This document shows positions 1 to 11,149 of a DNA stretch of 64,000 nt, piece after piece. Source of the stretch: Hoeflea sp. (lineage in GTDB: Bacteria > Pseudomonadota > Alphaproteobacteria > Rhizobiales > Rhizobiaceae); contig NZ_JACIYP010000006.1 in assembly GCF_014359905.1 (NCBI RefSeq), positions 17,679 through 81,678 of the forward strand, given 5' to 3'. Position 1 is the stretch's first letter. Each line of letters opens with the position of its first letter. Under the pieces are notes generated by a model that ran no database searches, was not told where the DNA came from, and saw only the letters and a program-made list of their open reading frames with translations. The translations under genes and the position numbers were made by a program.

Positions 1-45
1 AAAAGTGATCGAATCTGAATCGATGGTGCAAACGGGAGTTTTGCG

Positions 46-591
46 ATGGGTTCAGCGGTTTCTCTACGGACAGACTTTGATGGGGAGAAGCTTCGACTTT
101 TGGCCCGCCAAACAAAGGATGCCAATCAGGCCCGTCGGCTGCTTGCGCTTGCATCGATCTATGACGGCGGTTCGCGCTCCAATGCCGCCCGGCTTGGCAG
201 CGTGACCCTGCAGATCGTGCGTGACTGGGTGGTTCGCTTCAACGCACGCGGCCCCGACGGGCTGATCAACGGCAAAGCTCCCGGCAAGTCTTCACTATTG
301 AATGATGATCAGCGTTCGGCCTTGGCGCTAGCCATCGAACGCGGCCCCACACCTTATCTTGACGGCGTTGTCCGCTGGCGGCTGTGTGATCTGGCGCAGT
401 GGCTATGGGAGGAGTTCCGTATCTCGGTAAGCGTGCAGACCTTGGGTCGCGAAGTGCGCGCGCTGGGCTATCGCAAACTCTCCGCCCGCCCGAGGCACTA
501 TGCGCAGGATGCCGATGCCGCCGAGGCGTTTAAAAAAACTTCCCCGCCGCTGTCGCGGAAATCGCCGAGGGGCCCGCCAAAGGTAAAGTGA
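46..591 (+). CDS. IS630 transposase, N-terminal HTH part (ORF A)
   Basis: HTH-rich ORF ending ...AEAFKK at slippery TTTAAAAAAAC (529-539). Confidence 0.88.
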   Translation: MGSAVSLRTDFDGEKLRLLARQTKDANQARRLLALASIYDGGSRSNAARLGSVTLQIVRDWVVRFNARGPDGLINGKAPGKSSLLNDDQRSALALAIERGPTPYLDGVVRWRLCDLAQWLWEEFRISVSVQTLGREVRALGYRKLSARPRHYAQDADAAEAFKKTSPPLSRKSPRGPPKVK

Positions 592-1106
592 TCGAAATCT
601 GGTTCCAAGACGAAGCCAGGATCGGACAGAAGAACAAGATCACACGCCGCTGGGCCAAGCGTGGATCGAGGCCGTCTGCTCCACACGACCAGCGCACCCG
701 CTCCGCATACATCTTCGGCGCGATCTGCCCCAAGCACGGAAAAGCCGCAGCCCTCGTCATGCCATGGTGCGACACCTATGCCATGAACCAGCACCTGGCC
801 GAAATCTCTCGCCATGTTGCCGACAATGCGCATGCTGTCCTCATTATGGACCAGGCTGGCTGGCATTTGTCGAAGAACCTGATCGTGCCTGGTAACATTA
901 CCATCCTACCACTGCCACCGCGTTCGCCTGAGCTCAACCCGGTTGAAAACATCTGGCAGTTCATGCGCGATAACTGGCTCTCAAATCGCGTGTTCAAGTC
1001 CTACGACGACATTGTCGACCACTGCGCATACTCCTGGAGAAAACTTCAGAACCAGCCTTGGAAGATCATGTCCATCGGCCGCAGAAAATGGGCCCATGGG
1101 TTCTGA
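588..1106 (+). CDS. IS630 transposase, DDE part (ORF B, -1 frame)
   Basis: WFQDEAR, IMDQAGWH and SPELNPVENIW motifs of the IS630 DDE domain. Confidence 0.9.
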   Translation: MIEIWFQDEARIGQKNKITRRWAKRGSRPSAPHDQRTRSAYIFGAICPKHGKAAALVMPWCDTYAMNQHLAEISRHVADNAHAVLIMDQAGWHLSKNLIVPGNITILPLPPRSPELNPVENIWQFMRDNWLSNRVFKSYDDIVDHCAYSWRKLQNQPWKIMSIGRRKWAHGF

Positions 1107-1166
1107 TCAATGAGGCTTGGTATAACGGGCCCAACTGTCGCATTACTAAACGGCTGCTATATTGAA

Positions 1167-2799
1167 TGTGGCAGCTAGGTTGAAATGTCCGCCGCTGCGC
1201 AAAGTAAGAATGTCACTTTGAGCTGCCAAACGGGACGCCGACCAGCCCCGATCTGACCGGCTGGTCCGGGTTGCAAGGTGAGATCGGGGCGGGTGGGGAA
1301 CACCTATTCTGCTTTAGACTTGAGACTTCCGACCGAAACGTCACTCCGCAGCTTCCTGCCGCGACAGCGCCTTCTTCCGCCGCGCAATCACTGCCGGATC
1401 GTTGATGAAGTCCGTCCGTCGCCCCGGCTTGCGGGTGCGTTTGACGTAGCCATTCTTGTCGCTGTTGCTCTTGACCGTGGGCTTGTCCTGCGACGCCTGC
1501 CGTTCCTTGATATACGCCAGGACATCACCGAGCCGTTTGTTCTCGGTGATGGCTGCATGCGTCACCCGCTGATCCTTGTCGAACATCGTGTAGGGCAGGG
1601 AATAACCTTTCCAGCGCACATCCAGGCGTCCGTCCGCATATGCATAGGTTTCGACATACTTTCCAACCAGACCGCGCGTCACCTCGGTCTCCTCAAGCAT
1701 GATCCGCTTCCGTTCAAACGAAAATGTCAGCTGCGATCCGACATAGCGCTGCTCCCGCTTACACAGAATCTCCGCCAAACGATCCGGCGCCAGATTAAGC
1801 GGTCGATGCAGGTCGTCGGACCGGGTAGGGACGATCCCAAAACGCGCGTTGTAGTCCTCGATGAAGCCCGCCAGAAACCGGTTGCCGTCCTCCATGGTGT
1901 CGATCCCAGCCAGACGGAGATCCTTGACCAACCGGTCCTGCAGCGTCCGGTTCATCCGCTCGACACGACCTTTGGCCTGGCTTGAGTTTGCGCAGAGAAT
2001 CTCGATGTTTAGCTCGCAAAGTGCGCGCCCGAACTGGGTCATGCCCTGACCACCCTTGGCATCCTTCTTCGCAACGCGGAACACCGAATGCTTGTCGGAA
2101 TAGAAGGCGATCGGTGCACCATGTTGCTTGAGATACAGCTCCAGCGCCTCGAAATAGGTGAAGGCGCTCTCCGAGCGCACGAAGCGTAACTGCATCAACT
2201 TGCCGGTCGCATCGTCGACAAACACCAGCAGCGAGCACGGCGGCCCTCGGTCCTCAAACCAGCGGTGCTCTGAGCCGTCGATCTGCACCAACTCACCATA
2301 GGCTTCGCGTCGCAACCGCGGCTGATGAAACGTCCGGCGCTGCTTGCGTGACAGCCAGAGGCCGGCATCAACCATCCAGCCTCGCACGGTCTCACGCGAG
2401 ACATGCAAGCCATCGCGCTCGCCCAGCTTCTCTGTGGCCAAGGTCGGCCCGAAATCCGCATAGCGTTCACGCACCAAGGCCAGCGCGTAATCCCGAACGC
2501 CATCGCTGATCCGGTTGTTCGACGGCCGCCCGGTCGCCTTGTGCCGGATCGACGCCGCGCCACCCGTGCGCATTCGTTCCATCAGCCGTCTAATCTGACG
2601 TTCGCTCAGATCCAGAACGTGTGCTGCCGACACCATGGTCATCCGTCCGGCCATGACTTTCGACAAAACTTCGATCCGATGCAGATCGCGTTCGCTCATC
2701 GCAATCAATCCCATCTGCAATCTCCCAGACATTGTTCAGTGCCGGGGAGTGTGACATTCCAACTTTGCGGAAACAGGACATTCTAACTTTGCGGCTACA
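1167..2799 (-). mobile_element. IS1202/IS481-like (ISNCY) insertion sequence
   Basis: TGT...ACA ends; about 50-bp imperfect IRs with repeated (A)AATGTC units (1167-1216 vs 2751-2799). No matching TSD (TTGAA vs TATCA). Confidence 0.85.
1341..2732 (-). CDS. ISNCY/IS1202-family DDE transposase
   Basis: N-terminal HTHs; QIDGSEH, YSDKHS and AKGRVERMNRTLQDRL integrase-core motifs. Confidence 0.9.
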   Translation of the reverse strand: MSGRLQMGLIAMSERDLHRIEVLSKVMAGRMTMVSAAHVLDLSERQIRRLMERMRTGGAASIRHKATGRPSNNRISDGVRDYALALVRERYADFGPTLATEKLGERDGLHVSRETVRGWMVDAGLWLSRKQRRTFHQPRLRREAYGELVQIDGSEHRWFEDRGPPCSLLVFVDDATGKLMQLRFVRSESAFTYFEALELYLKQHGAPIAFYSDKHSVFRVAKKDAKGGQGMTQFGRALCELNIEILCANSSQAKGRVERMNRTLQDRLVKDLRLAGIDTMEDGNRFLAGFIEDYNARFGIVPTRSDDLHRPLNLAPDRLAEILCKREQRYVGSQLTFSFERKRIMLEETEVTRGLVGKYVETYAYADGRLDVRWKGYSLPYTMFDKDQRVTHAAITENKRLGDVLAYIKERQASQDKPTVKSNSDKNGYVKRTRKPGRRTDFINDPAVIARRKKALSRQEAAE

Positions 2800-2804
2800 T
2801 ATCA

Positions 2805-2832
2805 ATGTTGCATAAGTTATATGATGGAACTT
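2805..2832 (+). other. dif-like XerC/XerD recombination site (xrs/pdif)
   Basis: ATGTTGCATAA-GTTATA-TGATGGAACTT: 11-6-11 layout resembling the rhizobial dif as recalled (..GCATAA N6 TTATGGAACTT); exactly 5 bp from the IS end. Confidence 0.7.
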
Positions 2833-2894
2833 GTGCGGTCATTTCCGATTTTGTTTCGTCAACCTCACTGTGGCAGAGAAAGAGCAACGGCCGG

Positions 2895-3194
2895 TCAGAA
2901 CCCGACCAGCACCATGTCCAGTGCGGCCATGATCTCGTTGTCCTGCCCCATCAGGCTTGTGACCGGGCTGCGCAGCAGCGCACGGGGAACCGCCGCCATG
3001 AACTGGGTGACCATGACATGCGGCGCGTCCCCAATCTCGAACACCGGATTAAGGCGATCTGCCGGATCCGGAGCTTGCGTCAGAGGCAGAAGCGGCACCA
3101 CGATCCGCGTGTTCAGTTCGCTCAGAACATCTGCCTGAACATCGAGCACATAGCCGGCGCCGCCGGGGTTTGCGTAAACCTCGAAACGCGCCAT
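2895..3194 (-). CDS. ccdB: CcdB-family toxin
   Basis: 99 aa; MARFEVYANP...LDVQAD...TRIVVPL...RLNP...ALDMVLVGF, with the CcdB-type C-terminal GF. Confidence 0.88.
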   Translation of the reverse strand: MARFEVYANPGGAGYVLDVQADVLSELNTRIVVPLLPLTQAPDPADRLNPVFEIGDAPHVMVTQFMAAVPRALLRSPVTSLMGQDNEIMAALDMVLVGF

Positions 3195-3430
3195 CAGAAC
3201 TGCCTGTATTTCTCCAGAGGCAAGCCGTGCGACTCTGCCCACGCGTTCGAGCTGGCAAGCGCTGCAGCATTCTCGCGCTGCCAGACTTGCGCTTTCGCCT
3301 CGGCAACGGCACGCCGCAACCCTGCCTCCGCGGCTTGCGACAGATTCACCCCGAACGACCTGGCCTCCGTCAGCAGGGACGGGTCCAGTGTCAGGTTCGT
3401 GGGTTTTCTGGGGGCAGTCTGGCTTTGCAT
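3194..3430 (-). CDS. ccdA: CcdA-family antitoxin
   Basis: 78 aa; RKPTNLTLD...VNLSQAAE...WQREN...HGLPL; GAGG RBS; coupled to ccdB (TGATG); ATGCGCAT palindrome upstream. Confidence 0.88.
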   Translation of the reverse strand: MQSQTAPRKPTNLTLDPSLLTEARSFGVNLSQAAEAGLRRAVAEAKAQVWQRENAAALASSNAWAESHGLPLEKYRQF

Positions 3431-3661
3431 AATCGCACCTCGTTTCATGCGCATCATATATCCACATAGAAGGCGACATTGCAAATTCTTCGCGGGAGGG
3501 GGAAAAAGCTGGGGTTCAAGCCGCAAGGGCAAACTTAGCTTGCTTGAGCCGACCATCGGCAACCGCTGCCCGAACCTGATGGTGTGGACAGCCCCACCAG
3601 CCGGCATCGCAATGTGCCATGTTGGTGTTGTTGAACCCAACAGATAAAGGGAGCCATCCAC

Positions 3662-4671
3662 ATGCAGATTACAACACTCGGCGTCGATTTAGCCAAGTCC
3701 GTCTTCCAACTTCATGGAATTGATGAAAGCGGCAAGGTCGTTCTCAGAAAGAAAGTCCGCCGCGGCGCTTTGCTGGACGTGCTGTCGAGTCTCGCCCCCT
3801 GCCTGATTGGCATGGAAGCCTGTGCGACCAGCCATTATTGGGCGCGCGAGATCGCGGCGATGGGGCATGAGGTTCGCCTGATCCCACCAGCTTATGTCAA
3901 ACCATATGTCAAGGGCAAAAGAATGACATGGCAGATGCCGAGGCGATTTGTGAGGCAATAACGCGGCCGAACATGCATTTCGTTGCGATCAAAAGCGCCG
4001 ATCAGCAGGCAGTTCTGATGCTGCATCGCGCCCGGGATCTTCTGGTGCGGCAGCGCACCATGCTGATCAACGCGCTGCGTGCCCATCTGGCGGAATTAGG
4101 TATCGTTGCCGCCCGTGGCCCGCACAAACTATGTTTCCTCCTTGCGGAGTTGAAGAACGGCGATTGCGAACTTCCCAGTGTGGCCAAGTCAGCTTTACTG
4201 TGCCTCGTCCGTCAGGTCGAGGGACTGGAAAGTGAGATAGCCCGGCTCGATTGCGAGATACAGGCCTGGCACCGCGAAAGCGCTGTCAGCCAGAAACTGG
4301 CCACAATTCCCGGCATAGGCCCGCTCACGGCGACGGCCTTGGCGGCCACCATTGCCGATCCTTCACAGTTTCGATCTGCACGCCAGTTCGCGGCCTGGCT
4401 TGGTCTGGTTCCAAGGCAGAATTCCTCCGGCGGCAAGGACAGGCTGGGGCGCATCACGAAGATGGGCGACAGCTATCTACGAAAGCTCCTTGTTGTCGGC
4501 GCAACGGCAGTTCTGCAACATGCCATCCGCGCACAAACGCAAACCGGAGAATGGGTACGCCGCTTGCTGGAGCGCAAGCCATCCCGGTTGGTCAGCGTGG
4601 CGTTGGCAAACAAGACCGCCCGGATCGTCTGGGCTGTGATGTCGAAGAAGGAGGCTTACAAAGCAGCCTGA
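3662..4671 (+). pseudogene. IS110-family transposase (DEDD RuvC + Tnp20), frameshifted
   Basis: GVDLAK...GMEAC...VKPYVK frame breaks near 3915 before KNDMADAEA; second part has GLVPRQNSSGGK. Confidence 0.85.
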
Positions 4672-4900
4672 GATTTTCTGGCGCACCACAAACGCGCCAC
4701 ACAAGTTGCAAGGGCAATCTCTGTGATGATGATCTTTGCCGCCGCAACCGGAACACCCCGTGGTATTGCCAGAGCGTCATAGCTCGGCAACTTGATAGGG
4801 ATCTGGCCCGCGGACTTCATCAGGGCCAGCGGACATTGGTACCGCACAAACAGGCCGGACAAATGACCGCTAGCAATAAAGATCAAAGACACAAAGAAAA
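4672..4900 (+). ncRNA. Predicted bridge/seek RNA of the IS1111-type element (ends approximate)
   Basis: Scaffold shared with 60250-60430; internal segments match this element's own target and donor junctions. Confidence 0.7.
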
Positions 4901-5262
4901 CACTTGCAAATCAGGGGCTGTCCACAAATGCAATACTCGATGGGCACCGGCAGGAGACCAACGCATCTGCCGCTTCTTGTTCACCCGAGCGTTCACGAGA
5001 CTATTGGCGGCGCTTTCGGCCGGAGAACTCGATATCGGCTGACCCGACCGATATCGATGGCAGTAGTCGACAATTGAATAGATGGGAAGGTTGCCGCCCT
5101 CTCCGAACGGCATCGTGGTGTGCCAAGATCGTGCTGCTGAAAGCAACGAAACGGACAGGACGCCAAGAAGAAGGATATGATGATCACCCCCTCATCAGCC
5201 GCTATGCCTATTCCGCCGACATGATCTTCTTGCCATCGTCGATGGAGAATCCAATGTCGCCG

Positions 5263-5502
5263 TCAAACAGGCTCTCCCAGGGAGCCGGAGAGAGGGCCGG
5301 CGAGGACGGTTTTCCAGAGATCGACCGTGCGTTCGTCATGGATACCGGCGTCGACTACGCACCAGCCGTCGCCATCCTCGATCAGATAGATGTTCACGTG
5401 ATCAAGCCGGTACGGCAATGGAAAACGCAGCCACCTGATGCCCGGCGCGATCTCGGTCATCTCGCCCGCAGCCGGCGCCTCTGAAAAGGGAAATCGATAC
5501 AT
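5263..5502 (-). pseudogene. MBL-fold metallo-hydrolase, N-terminal fragment
   Basis: EIAPGIRWLRFPLPYRLDHVNIYLIEDGDGWCVVDAG; stops before the HxHxDH motif. Confidence 0.7.
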
Positions 5503-5618
5503 GGAATGATATTATCCTATTCTTAGGACCGCCAACGGGCCGATCCTCTGAAGCGCGCGCCTGTTTCGGAGGCCAAGTGGTATCGAAATGCCACCATCGA
5601 TTGGCACACAGTTCAATG

Positions 5619-6623
5619 CTACAACTTCCTGAGCAGCACTTCCTCGACGAGGTGGTTGGAGCCCTTCTTGAGGATCAGGTCGGCGCGCGGGCGCGTCGGC
5701 TGGATGTTTTCCTTCAGGTTCTTCAGGTTGATATTGGCCCAAAGCCCCTCGGCGATGCCACGCGCGGCGTCCTCCGACAGTTCCGAATAGCGATGGAAGA
5801 AGGAGCGCGGGTCCTTGAAAGCCGTCTGGCGCAGCCGCATGAAGCGGGTCACATACCAGTCGTGGATCTTGTCCTCGTCGGCGTCGATATAGATCGAGAA
5901 ATCGAAATAGTCCGAGACGAACGGCACCATCTTGCCATCCTCGGGCAGGTCACGCACCTGCAGCACATTGATGCCCTCGAAGATCAGGATGGCCGGCCGG
6001 TCGATAGTGACGTATTCGTCCGGCAGAACGTCATAGACGAGGTGCGAATAGAGCGGTGCGCGTACCGAGTGCTCGCCGGCCTTGATCTGCGACAGGAAGC
6101 TCAGCAGCGCGCCGACGTCGTAGCTTTCGGGAAAGCCCTTGCGTTCCATCAGGCCCTGCTCGCGCAACACCGCGTTCGGCAGCAGGAAGCCGTCCGTGGT
6201 GACCAGCGAGACCTTCGGGCTCGACGGCCAGCGCGCCAGCAATTCGGCGAGAATACGGGCGGTGGTCGACTTGCCGACCGCCACCGAACCGGCGATGCCG
6301 ATGATGAAGGGCGTCTTGATCGCCCCGTCGACATTGAGGAAGCGCTTGCGCTGCTCGAAGAGGCTCTGCGACGCCTCGACATGGGCATAAAGCAGGCGCG
6401 ACATCGACAGGTAGATGCGCCGGACCTCGTCGAGATCGACCGGGTCGTCGAGCGAACGCAGCCGCACCACCTCGTCGGCCGTCAGCGTCAGCGGCGTGTC
6501 GGCGCGGAAATCCGACCATTTGGCCGCCGAAAAACGCCTATAGGGCGACAATTCGCTGCCCGAAAGCTGGTCAAGAGGATCGGGATGCGCCGCCGGGCCG
6601 CTGCGCTTGATGGGCTGGTCCAT
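5619..6623 (-). CDS. coaA: Type I pantothenate kinase
   Basis: [13 protein letters not shown]-loop; [32 protein letters not shown]. Confidence 0.96.
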   Translation of the reverse strand: MDQPIKRSGPAAHPDPLDQLSGSELSPYRRFSAAKWSDFRADTPLTLTADEVVRLRSLDDPVDLDEVRRIYLSMSRLLYAHVEASQSLFEQRKRFLNVDGAIKTPFIIGIAGSVAVGKSTTARILAELLARWPSSPKVSLVTTDGFLLPNAVLREQGLMERKGFPESYDVGALLSFLSQIKAGEHSVRAPLYSHLVYDVLPDEYVTIDRPAILIFEGINVLQVRDLPEDGKMVPFVSDYFDFSIYIDADEDKIHDWYVTRFMRLRQTAFKDPRSFFHRYSELSEDAARGIAEGLWANINLKNLKENIQPTRPRADLILKKGSNHLVEEVLLRKL

Positions 6624-6739
6624 CAGTTCTTCACCTCGGTTCCATTAGCATCGAGGAAGCCCGGCAGCGGATCGTTCCCGCTACCGGGCTGGTCTGCCTT
6701 GGGAGGAGCAAGACATGTGCGGACATGGCCAGTCCCGCC

Positions 6740-7669
6740 TCAGAGCGCCTTCTCGAGCTCCGGTAGAACCTCGAACAGGTCGGCGACAAGGCCGTAATCG
6801 GCGACCTGGAAGATCGGCGCCTCCTCGTCCTTGTTGATGGCGACGATGACCTTGGAATCCTTCATGCCGGCCAGATGCTGGATCGCGCCCGAGATGCCGC
6901 AGGCGATGTAGAGGTCGGGGGCGACCACTTTGCCGGTCTGGCCGACCTGCCAGTCATTCGGCGCGTAGCCGGCATCGACGGCGGCGCGGCTCGCGCCGAC
7001 CGCAGCACCGAGCTTGTCGGCGACAGGCAGGATCACTTCCGTGAACTTCTCCGAGGAACCAAGCGCGCGCCCGCCCGAGATGATGATCTTCGCGGATGTC
7101 AGCTCCGGACGGTCGCCGCCCGACAGTTCGCTTCTGACGAAGGAGGACAGGCCCGGATCGGCTGCGGCCGAAACAGTCTCGACGGAGGCCGAGCCGCCCT
7201 CGCCCGCCGCGTTGAAGGAGGCCGTGCGCACGGTGATCACCTTCTTCGGATCGGTCGCCTGCACCGTCTGGATCGCGTTGCCGGCATAGATTGGACGCTT
7301 GAACGTGTCCGTACTCACCACCTCGACGATCTCGGAGACCTGCATCACGTCGAGCAGGGCGGCGACGCGCGGCATGATGTTCTTGCCGTTGGTCGTCGCC
7401 GCGGCGACGATCGCATCGTAGTCGCCGGCGAGCGACACGATCAGCGCCGCCATCGGCTCGGCCAGTTGCTGTTCGAGCGAGGCGTCGTCGGCGAGCAGCA
7501 CCTTGGCCGCGCCGTCGAGCTTGGCGGCTTCATCCGCGGCAGCCTTGGCGTTGTGACCGGCGACCAGCACATGCACGTCGCCGCCGAGGGCGCTTGCCGC
7601 GCTCATCGCCTTGGCGGTCTGGTCGGACAGGGTTGCGTTGTCGTGTTCGGCAATCAAGAGGATTGTCAT
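6740..7669 (-). CDS. etfA: Electron transfer flavoprotein alpha subunit
   Basis: [33 protein letters not shown]. Confidence 0.97.
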   Translation of the reverse strand: MTILLIAEHDNATLSDQTAKAMSAASALGGDVHVLVAGHNAKAAADEAAKLDGAAKVLLADDASLEQQLAEPMAALIVSLAGDYDAIVAAATTNGKNIMPRVAALLDVMQVSEIVEVVSTDTFKRPIYAGNAIQTVQATDPKKVITVRTASFNAAGEGGSASVETVSAAADPGLSSFVRSELSGGDRPELTSAKIIISGGRALGSSEKFTEVILPVADKLGAAVGASRAAVDAGYAPNDWQVGQTGKVVAPDLYIACGISGAIQHLAGMKDSKVIVAINKDEEAPIFQVADYGLVADLFEVLPELEKAL

Positions 7670-7691
7670 TGTCTTTGTCCCTTCCCTGTCC

Positions 7692-8441
7692 TTACAGCAC
7701 GCCGGCTTCGTTCTTCAGCTTGTCGACCAGTTCGGCGACATCGGCGACCTTGACGCCGGCCTTGCGGCCCTCCGGCTCCTCGGTCTTCAGCACCTTCAGC
7801 CGCGGCGCGGTGTCGACGCCATAATCGGAAGGCGCCTTCTCATCGAGCGGCTTCTTCTTCGCCTTCATGATGTTCGGCAGCGAGGCATAGCGCGGCTGGT
7901 TGAGGCGCAGGTCGGTCGTCACGATCGCCGGCACCGCGATGGCGATCGTCTGCAGCCCGCCATCGACCTCGCGCGTCACCTTCGCGCTGTCGCCGGAAAT
8001 CTCCACCTTCGAGGCAAACGTGCCCTGCGACCAGCCGAGCAGCGCCGCCAGCATCTGGCCGGTCTGGTTGGCGTCGTCGTCGATCGCCTGCTTGCCGAGG
8101 ATCACCAGGCCCGGCTGCTCCTCTTCGGCCACGCCCTTCAGGATCTTGGCCACCGCCAGCGGCTCCACCGTGTCGTCGGTCTTGACCAGAATGCCCCGGT
8201 CGGCGCCCATCGCCAGCGCCGTGCGGATCGTCTCCTGCGCCTGCTGCGGTCCGATCGAAACCGCGACGATCTCCGAAACCGTGCCCGCTTCCTTCAGCCG
8301 GATCGCCTCTTCAACCGCGATCTCGTCGAACGGGTTCATGCTCATCTTGACATTCGCCAGCTCAACGCCCGACCCGTCAGCCTTCACACGCACCTTGACA
8401 TTGTAGTCGATCACCCGTTTGACCGGCACCAATACCTTCAT
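7692..8441 (-). CDS. etfB: Electron transfer flavoprotein beta subunit
   Basis: [52 protein letters not shown]. Confidence 0.97.
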   Translation of the reverse strand: MKVLVPVKRVIDYNVKVRVKADGSGVELANVKMSMNPFDEIAVEEAIRLKEAGTVSEIVAVSIGPQQAQETIRTALAMGADRGILVKTDDTVEPLAVAKILKGVAEEEQPGLVILGKQAIDDDANQTGQMLAALLGWSQGTFASKVEISGDSAKVTREVDGGLQTIAIAVPAIVTTDLRLNQPRYASLPNIMKAKKKPLDEKAPSDYGVDTAPRLKVLKTEEPEGRKAGVKVADVAELVDKLKNEAGVL

Positions 8442-8550
8442 AGACCTTTTCCTTTCGTCTACCGAAGTCGCGGCAAGTCTTTCAGCGCGTATCCTCCGGT
8501 TTTCAGTTGAGCGACACATACGGACGTGGCGCGTTTCGCGCCTATCGCGA

Positions 8551-9015
8551 TCAAGCCAGCACGGAAAGAATCAACCATTGCGCTGCCAAGGCCGGCTTCT
8601 CCATGCCCTCGATCTCGACCGAAACATCGTAGGTACAGATCGAGCTGCCGGCACCTTTCAGGGCAACATCGCGCAACGTGAACCGGCCGCGTACGCGCTT
8701 GCCCGCCGGCACCGGCGCCAGGAAACGGATATTGTTGAATCCGTAATTAATGTCCATTTGCGCGCCCTCGAGGGGCGGCAATGCGTCGAAGGACATCCGG
8801 CTCAACAGGGAAAGCAGCAGGAAGCCATGCGCAATTGTCCCGCCGAACGGAGACGATTGCGCGCGTATCGGATCGACGTGGATGAACTGGTCGTCCAGGG
8901 TTGTATCGGCAAAACCGTCAATTCTCGGCTGATCGACGACGATCCAGTCGGACACCCCGACCTCGTCGCCGATCATCGTCTTGTACCGATCCAGGGTTAT
9001 CGGAATGCCCGCCAT
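8551..9015 (-). CDS. MaoC-family (R)-hydratase/dehydratase
   Basis: DDQFIHVDP...FGGTIAHG hydratase-2 motif. Confidence 0.9.
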   Translation of the reverse strand: MAGIPITLDRYKTMIGDEVGVSDWIVVDQPRIDGFADTTLDDQFIHVDPIRAQSSPFGGTIAHGFLLLSLLSRMSFDALPPLEGAQMDINYGFNNIRFLAPVPAGKRVRGRFTLRDVALKGAGSSICTYDVSVEIEGMEKPALAAQWLILSVLA

Positions 9016-9018
9016 GCC

Positions 9019-10191
9019 TCAAAGAACCTCGAACAGGCCGGCAGCGCCCATTCCGCCGCCCACGCACATGGTCACGACGACATATTTCACGCCGCGGCGC
9101 TTTCCTTCGATCAGGGCGTGACCGGCCATGCGGGAGCCCGACATGCCATAGGGATGGCCGATCGAGATCGCGCCGCCATTGACATTGAGGATGTCGTCGG
9201 GAATTCCGAGCGTATCCCGGCAATACAGGACCTGAACGGCGAACGCTTCATTGAGCTCCCACAGACCGATATCGTCCATGCCGAGACCGAACCGCTGGAG
9301 CAGTTTCGGCACGGCGAATACCGGGCCGATACCCATCTCGTCCGGCTTGGTGCCGGCAACCGCCATCCCGACATAGCGACCGAGCGGCTGCAATCCGCGC
9401 TTCTCGGCCATCGCGGCCTCCATCACCACGCAGGCCGACGCGCCGTCCGAAAGCTGGCTCGCATTGCCGGCGGTGATGCAACCGCCTTCCTTGACGGTCC
9501 GCAGCTTGGCCAGCCCTTCGGAATTGGTATCCGGCCGGTTCCCTTCATCTGCGACAAGCGTGACGGACTCGCTGCCAGTCTCTCCGGTCTCCTTGTTGAC
9601 GACGGCCTTCTGCGCGATCACCGGAATGATCTCGCGGGCGAACCTGCCCGCCGCTTGGGCAGCGACGGTGCGCTGCTGGGACTTCAGGGCGTAGGCATCC
9701 TGCCGTTCCCGCGAAATGCCGTAGCGCTTCGCAACGACCTCGGCCGTATCGATCATCGGCAAATACGCGTCGTCATGCATGGCGACGAGTTCGTCGTCGA
9801 CGTCGACGCGCAGCGCCTCGGTCTGAACGAGCGAGATGGACTCCACGCCGCCGGCGATGACGACATCCATGCGATCCACGATGATCTGCTTGGCCGCCGT
9901 CGCGATCGTCATCAGGCCGGACGAGCACTGGCGGTCCATTGTCATGCCGGAAACGCTGACCGGAAATCCCGCGCGCAAGGCGGCCATGCGGCCGACCGTA
10001 TGCTGATGCCCCTGGGGCAAGGAACAGCCGAGCAGGCAGTCATCGAGTTCGGCCGGTTCTATGCCGGCGCGCTCGACTGCCGCTTTCAGGGCATGTGCCG
10101 CAAGCGTCGGAGACGATGTGGCGTTGAACGCGCCCTTGTAGGCGCGGCCGATAGGCGTTCTTGCGGTCGATACGATTACGGCGTCACGCAT
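9019..10191 (-). CDS. Acetyl-CoA C-acyltransferase (canonical thiolase)
   Basis: RQCSSGL, NEAFA, GHPYG and MCVGGG all present. Confidence 0.95.
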   Translation of the reverse strand: MRDAVIVSTARTPIGRAYKGAFNATSSPTLAAHALKAAVERAGIEPAELDDCLLGCSLPQGHQHTVGRMAALRAGFPVSVSGMTMDRQCSSGLMTIATAAKQIIVDRMDVVIAGGVESISLVQTEALRVDVDDELVAMHDDAYLPMIDTAEVVAKRYGISRERQDAYALKSQQRTVAAQAAGRFAREIIPVIAQKAVVNKETGETGSESVTLVADEGNRPDTNSEGLAKLRTVKEGGCITAGNASQLSDGASACVVMEAAMAEKRGLQPLGRYVGMAVAGTKPDEMGIGPVFAVPKLLQRFGLGMDDIGLWELNEAFAVQVLYCRDTLGIPDDILNVNGGAISIGHPYGMSGSRMAGHALIEGKRRGVKYVVVTMCVGGGMGAAGLFEVL

Positions 10192-10193
10192 GC

Positions 10194-11087
10194 TCAGTTT
10201 TCCCCCGTCGTGTCGCGGCTATAGCCCGCATTCTGCAATTCAAGACGGCCCTGACGTTCGCCCGCTTCGGGAAGGATCTCGCCGTCGCGGCTAGTGATCT
10301 GGGTCCAGTTCTCGACAATCCGATCGGGCACGTCCGGCCCGTCGCCCAGAAACATTCCAGGCGTCAGGGTGACGTGGGCGGTCTCGAACGAACCCGCCCC
10401 CGCGCACAGGATCGTTCTGGTCGGAGCGTCCTCGCCCACCAGCGCGATCAATCCCGGGCTCACAAAATCGGGCCGCAGGAGATCGAGTTCGGCTTGCGGC
10501 AGCAGACCGTCCAGCATCTGCGTTGCCGCGGTCGGTGCGATGCAGTTGACGCGGATGTCGTTGCGGGCGCCCTCCAGGGAAAGCGTCTGCATCAGCCCGA
10601 CGAGAGCCATCTTCGCCGCGCCGTAGTTCGACTGTCCGAAATTGCCGTACAGCCCGGACGACGATGTCGTCATCACGATGCGACCGTAATTGCGAGAGCG
10701 CATATGCTCCCACACTGCCTTGGTGCAGTAGACGGCCCCCATCAGATGCACGTCGACGACCAGCCGGAAATCCGCCAGATCCATCTTGGCGAACGTCGTG
10801 TCGCGCAAGATGCCGGCATTGTTGACCAGGATGTCGATTTTACCCCACTGGTCGATGACATGCTCGACCATCGCGTCCACCGCTTCCTGATCGGTAACCG
10901 AGGCCGCGACAGCCATCGCTTTGCCGCCGGCAGCCTCGATCTCGGATACGACGGCTTGGGCAGCATCCAGACCGAGATCATTGACAACTACCCGCGCGCC
11001 GCGCGCCGCGAGCAGCATGGCGTGCGAACGTCCCAGACCGCCGCCAGCACCAGTAACAATGGCGACCCTACCTGAAAGGTCGATCAT
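10194..11087 (-). CDS. SDR, MFE-2-like 3-hydroxyacyl-CoA dehydrogenase
   Basis: [28 protein letters not shown]. Confidence 0.88.
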   Translation of the reverse strand: MIDLSGRVAIVTGAGGGLGRSHAMLLAARGARVVVNDLGLDAAQAVVSEIEAAGGKAMAVAASVTDQEAVDAMVEHVIDQWGKIDILVNNAGILRDTTFAKMDLADFRLVVDVHLMGAVYCTKAVWEHMRSRNYGRIVMTTSSSGLYGNFGQSNYGAAKMALVGLMQTLSLEGARNDIRVNCIAPTAATQMLDGLLPQAELDLLRPDFVSPGLIALVGEDAPTRTILCAGAGSFETAHVTLTPGMFLGDGPDVPDRIVENWTQITSRDGEILPEAGERQGRLELQNAGYSRDTTGEN

Positions 11088-11149
11088 GATATTTATCCTC
11101 TTGTCCGTTGAACTTGTTTAGGCCGCCCGCCCGTCAAACGGGCGCGACC

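Larger units (their letters stand above)
1..1124 (+). mobile_element. IS630-family insertion sequence (left end outside or at window edge)
   Basis: Two-ORF IS630 transposase; right end ...GAGGCTTGGTA followed by TA at 1123-1124, consistent with TA targeting. Confidence 0.85.
3579..4930 (+). mobile_element. IS110-family, IS1111-subgroup element
   Basis: Sub-terminal IRs TGTGGACAGCCCC (3583-3595)/GGGGCTGTCCACA (4914-4926); TG core at both junctions; long 3' non-coding end. Confidence 0.9.
3494..5075 (-). pseudogene. ISKra4-family transposase C-terminal remnant plus right end, split by an IS1111-type element
   Basis: YRSGQPISSSPAESAANSLVNARVNKKRQMRWSPAGAHRVL (>4930) continues as QVRAAVADGRLKQAKFALAA* (3578-3516); GGGAGGGG end at 3494. 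Confidence 0.75.

Noticed and set aside
5150-5262. EDHVGG as continuation of the MBL hydrolase
   Set aside because: It lies past a stop codon and lacks HxHxDH context; could be chance.
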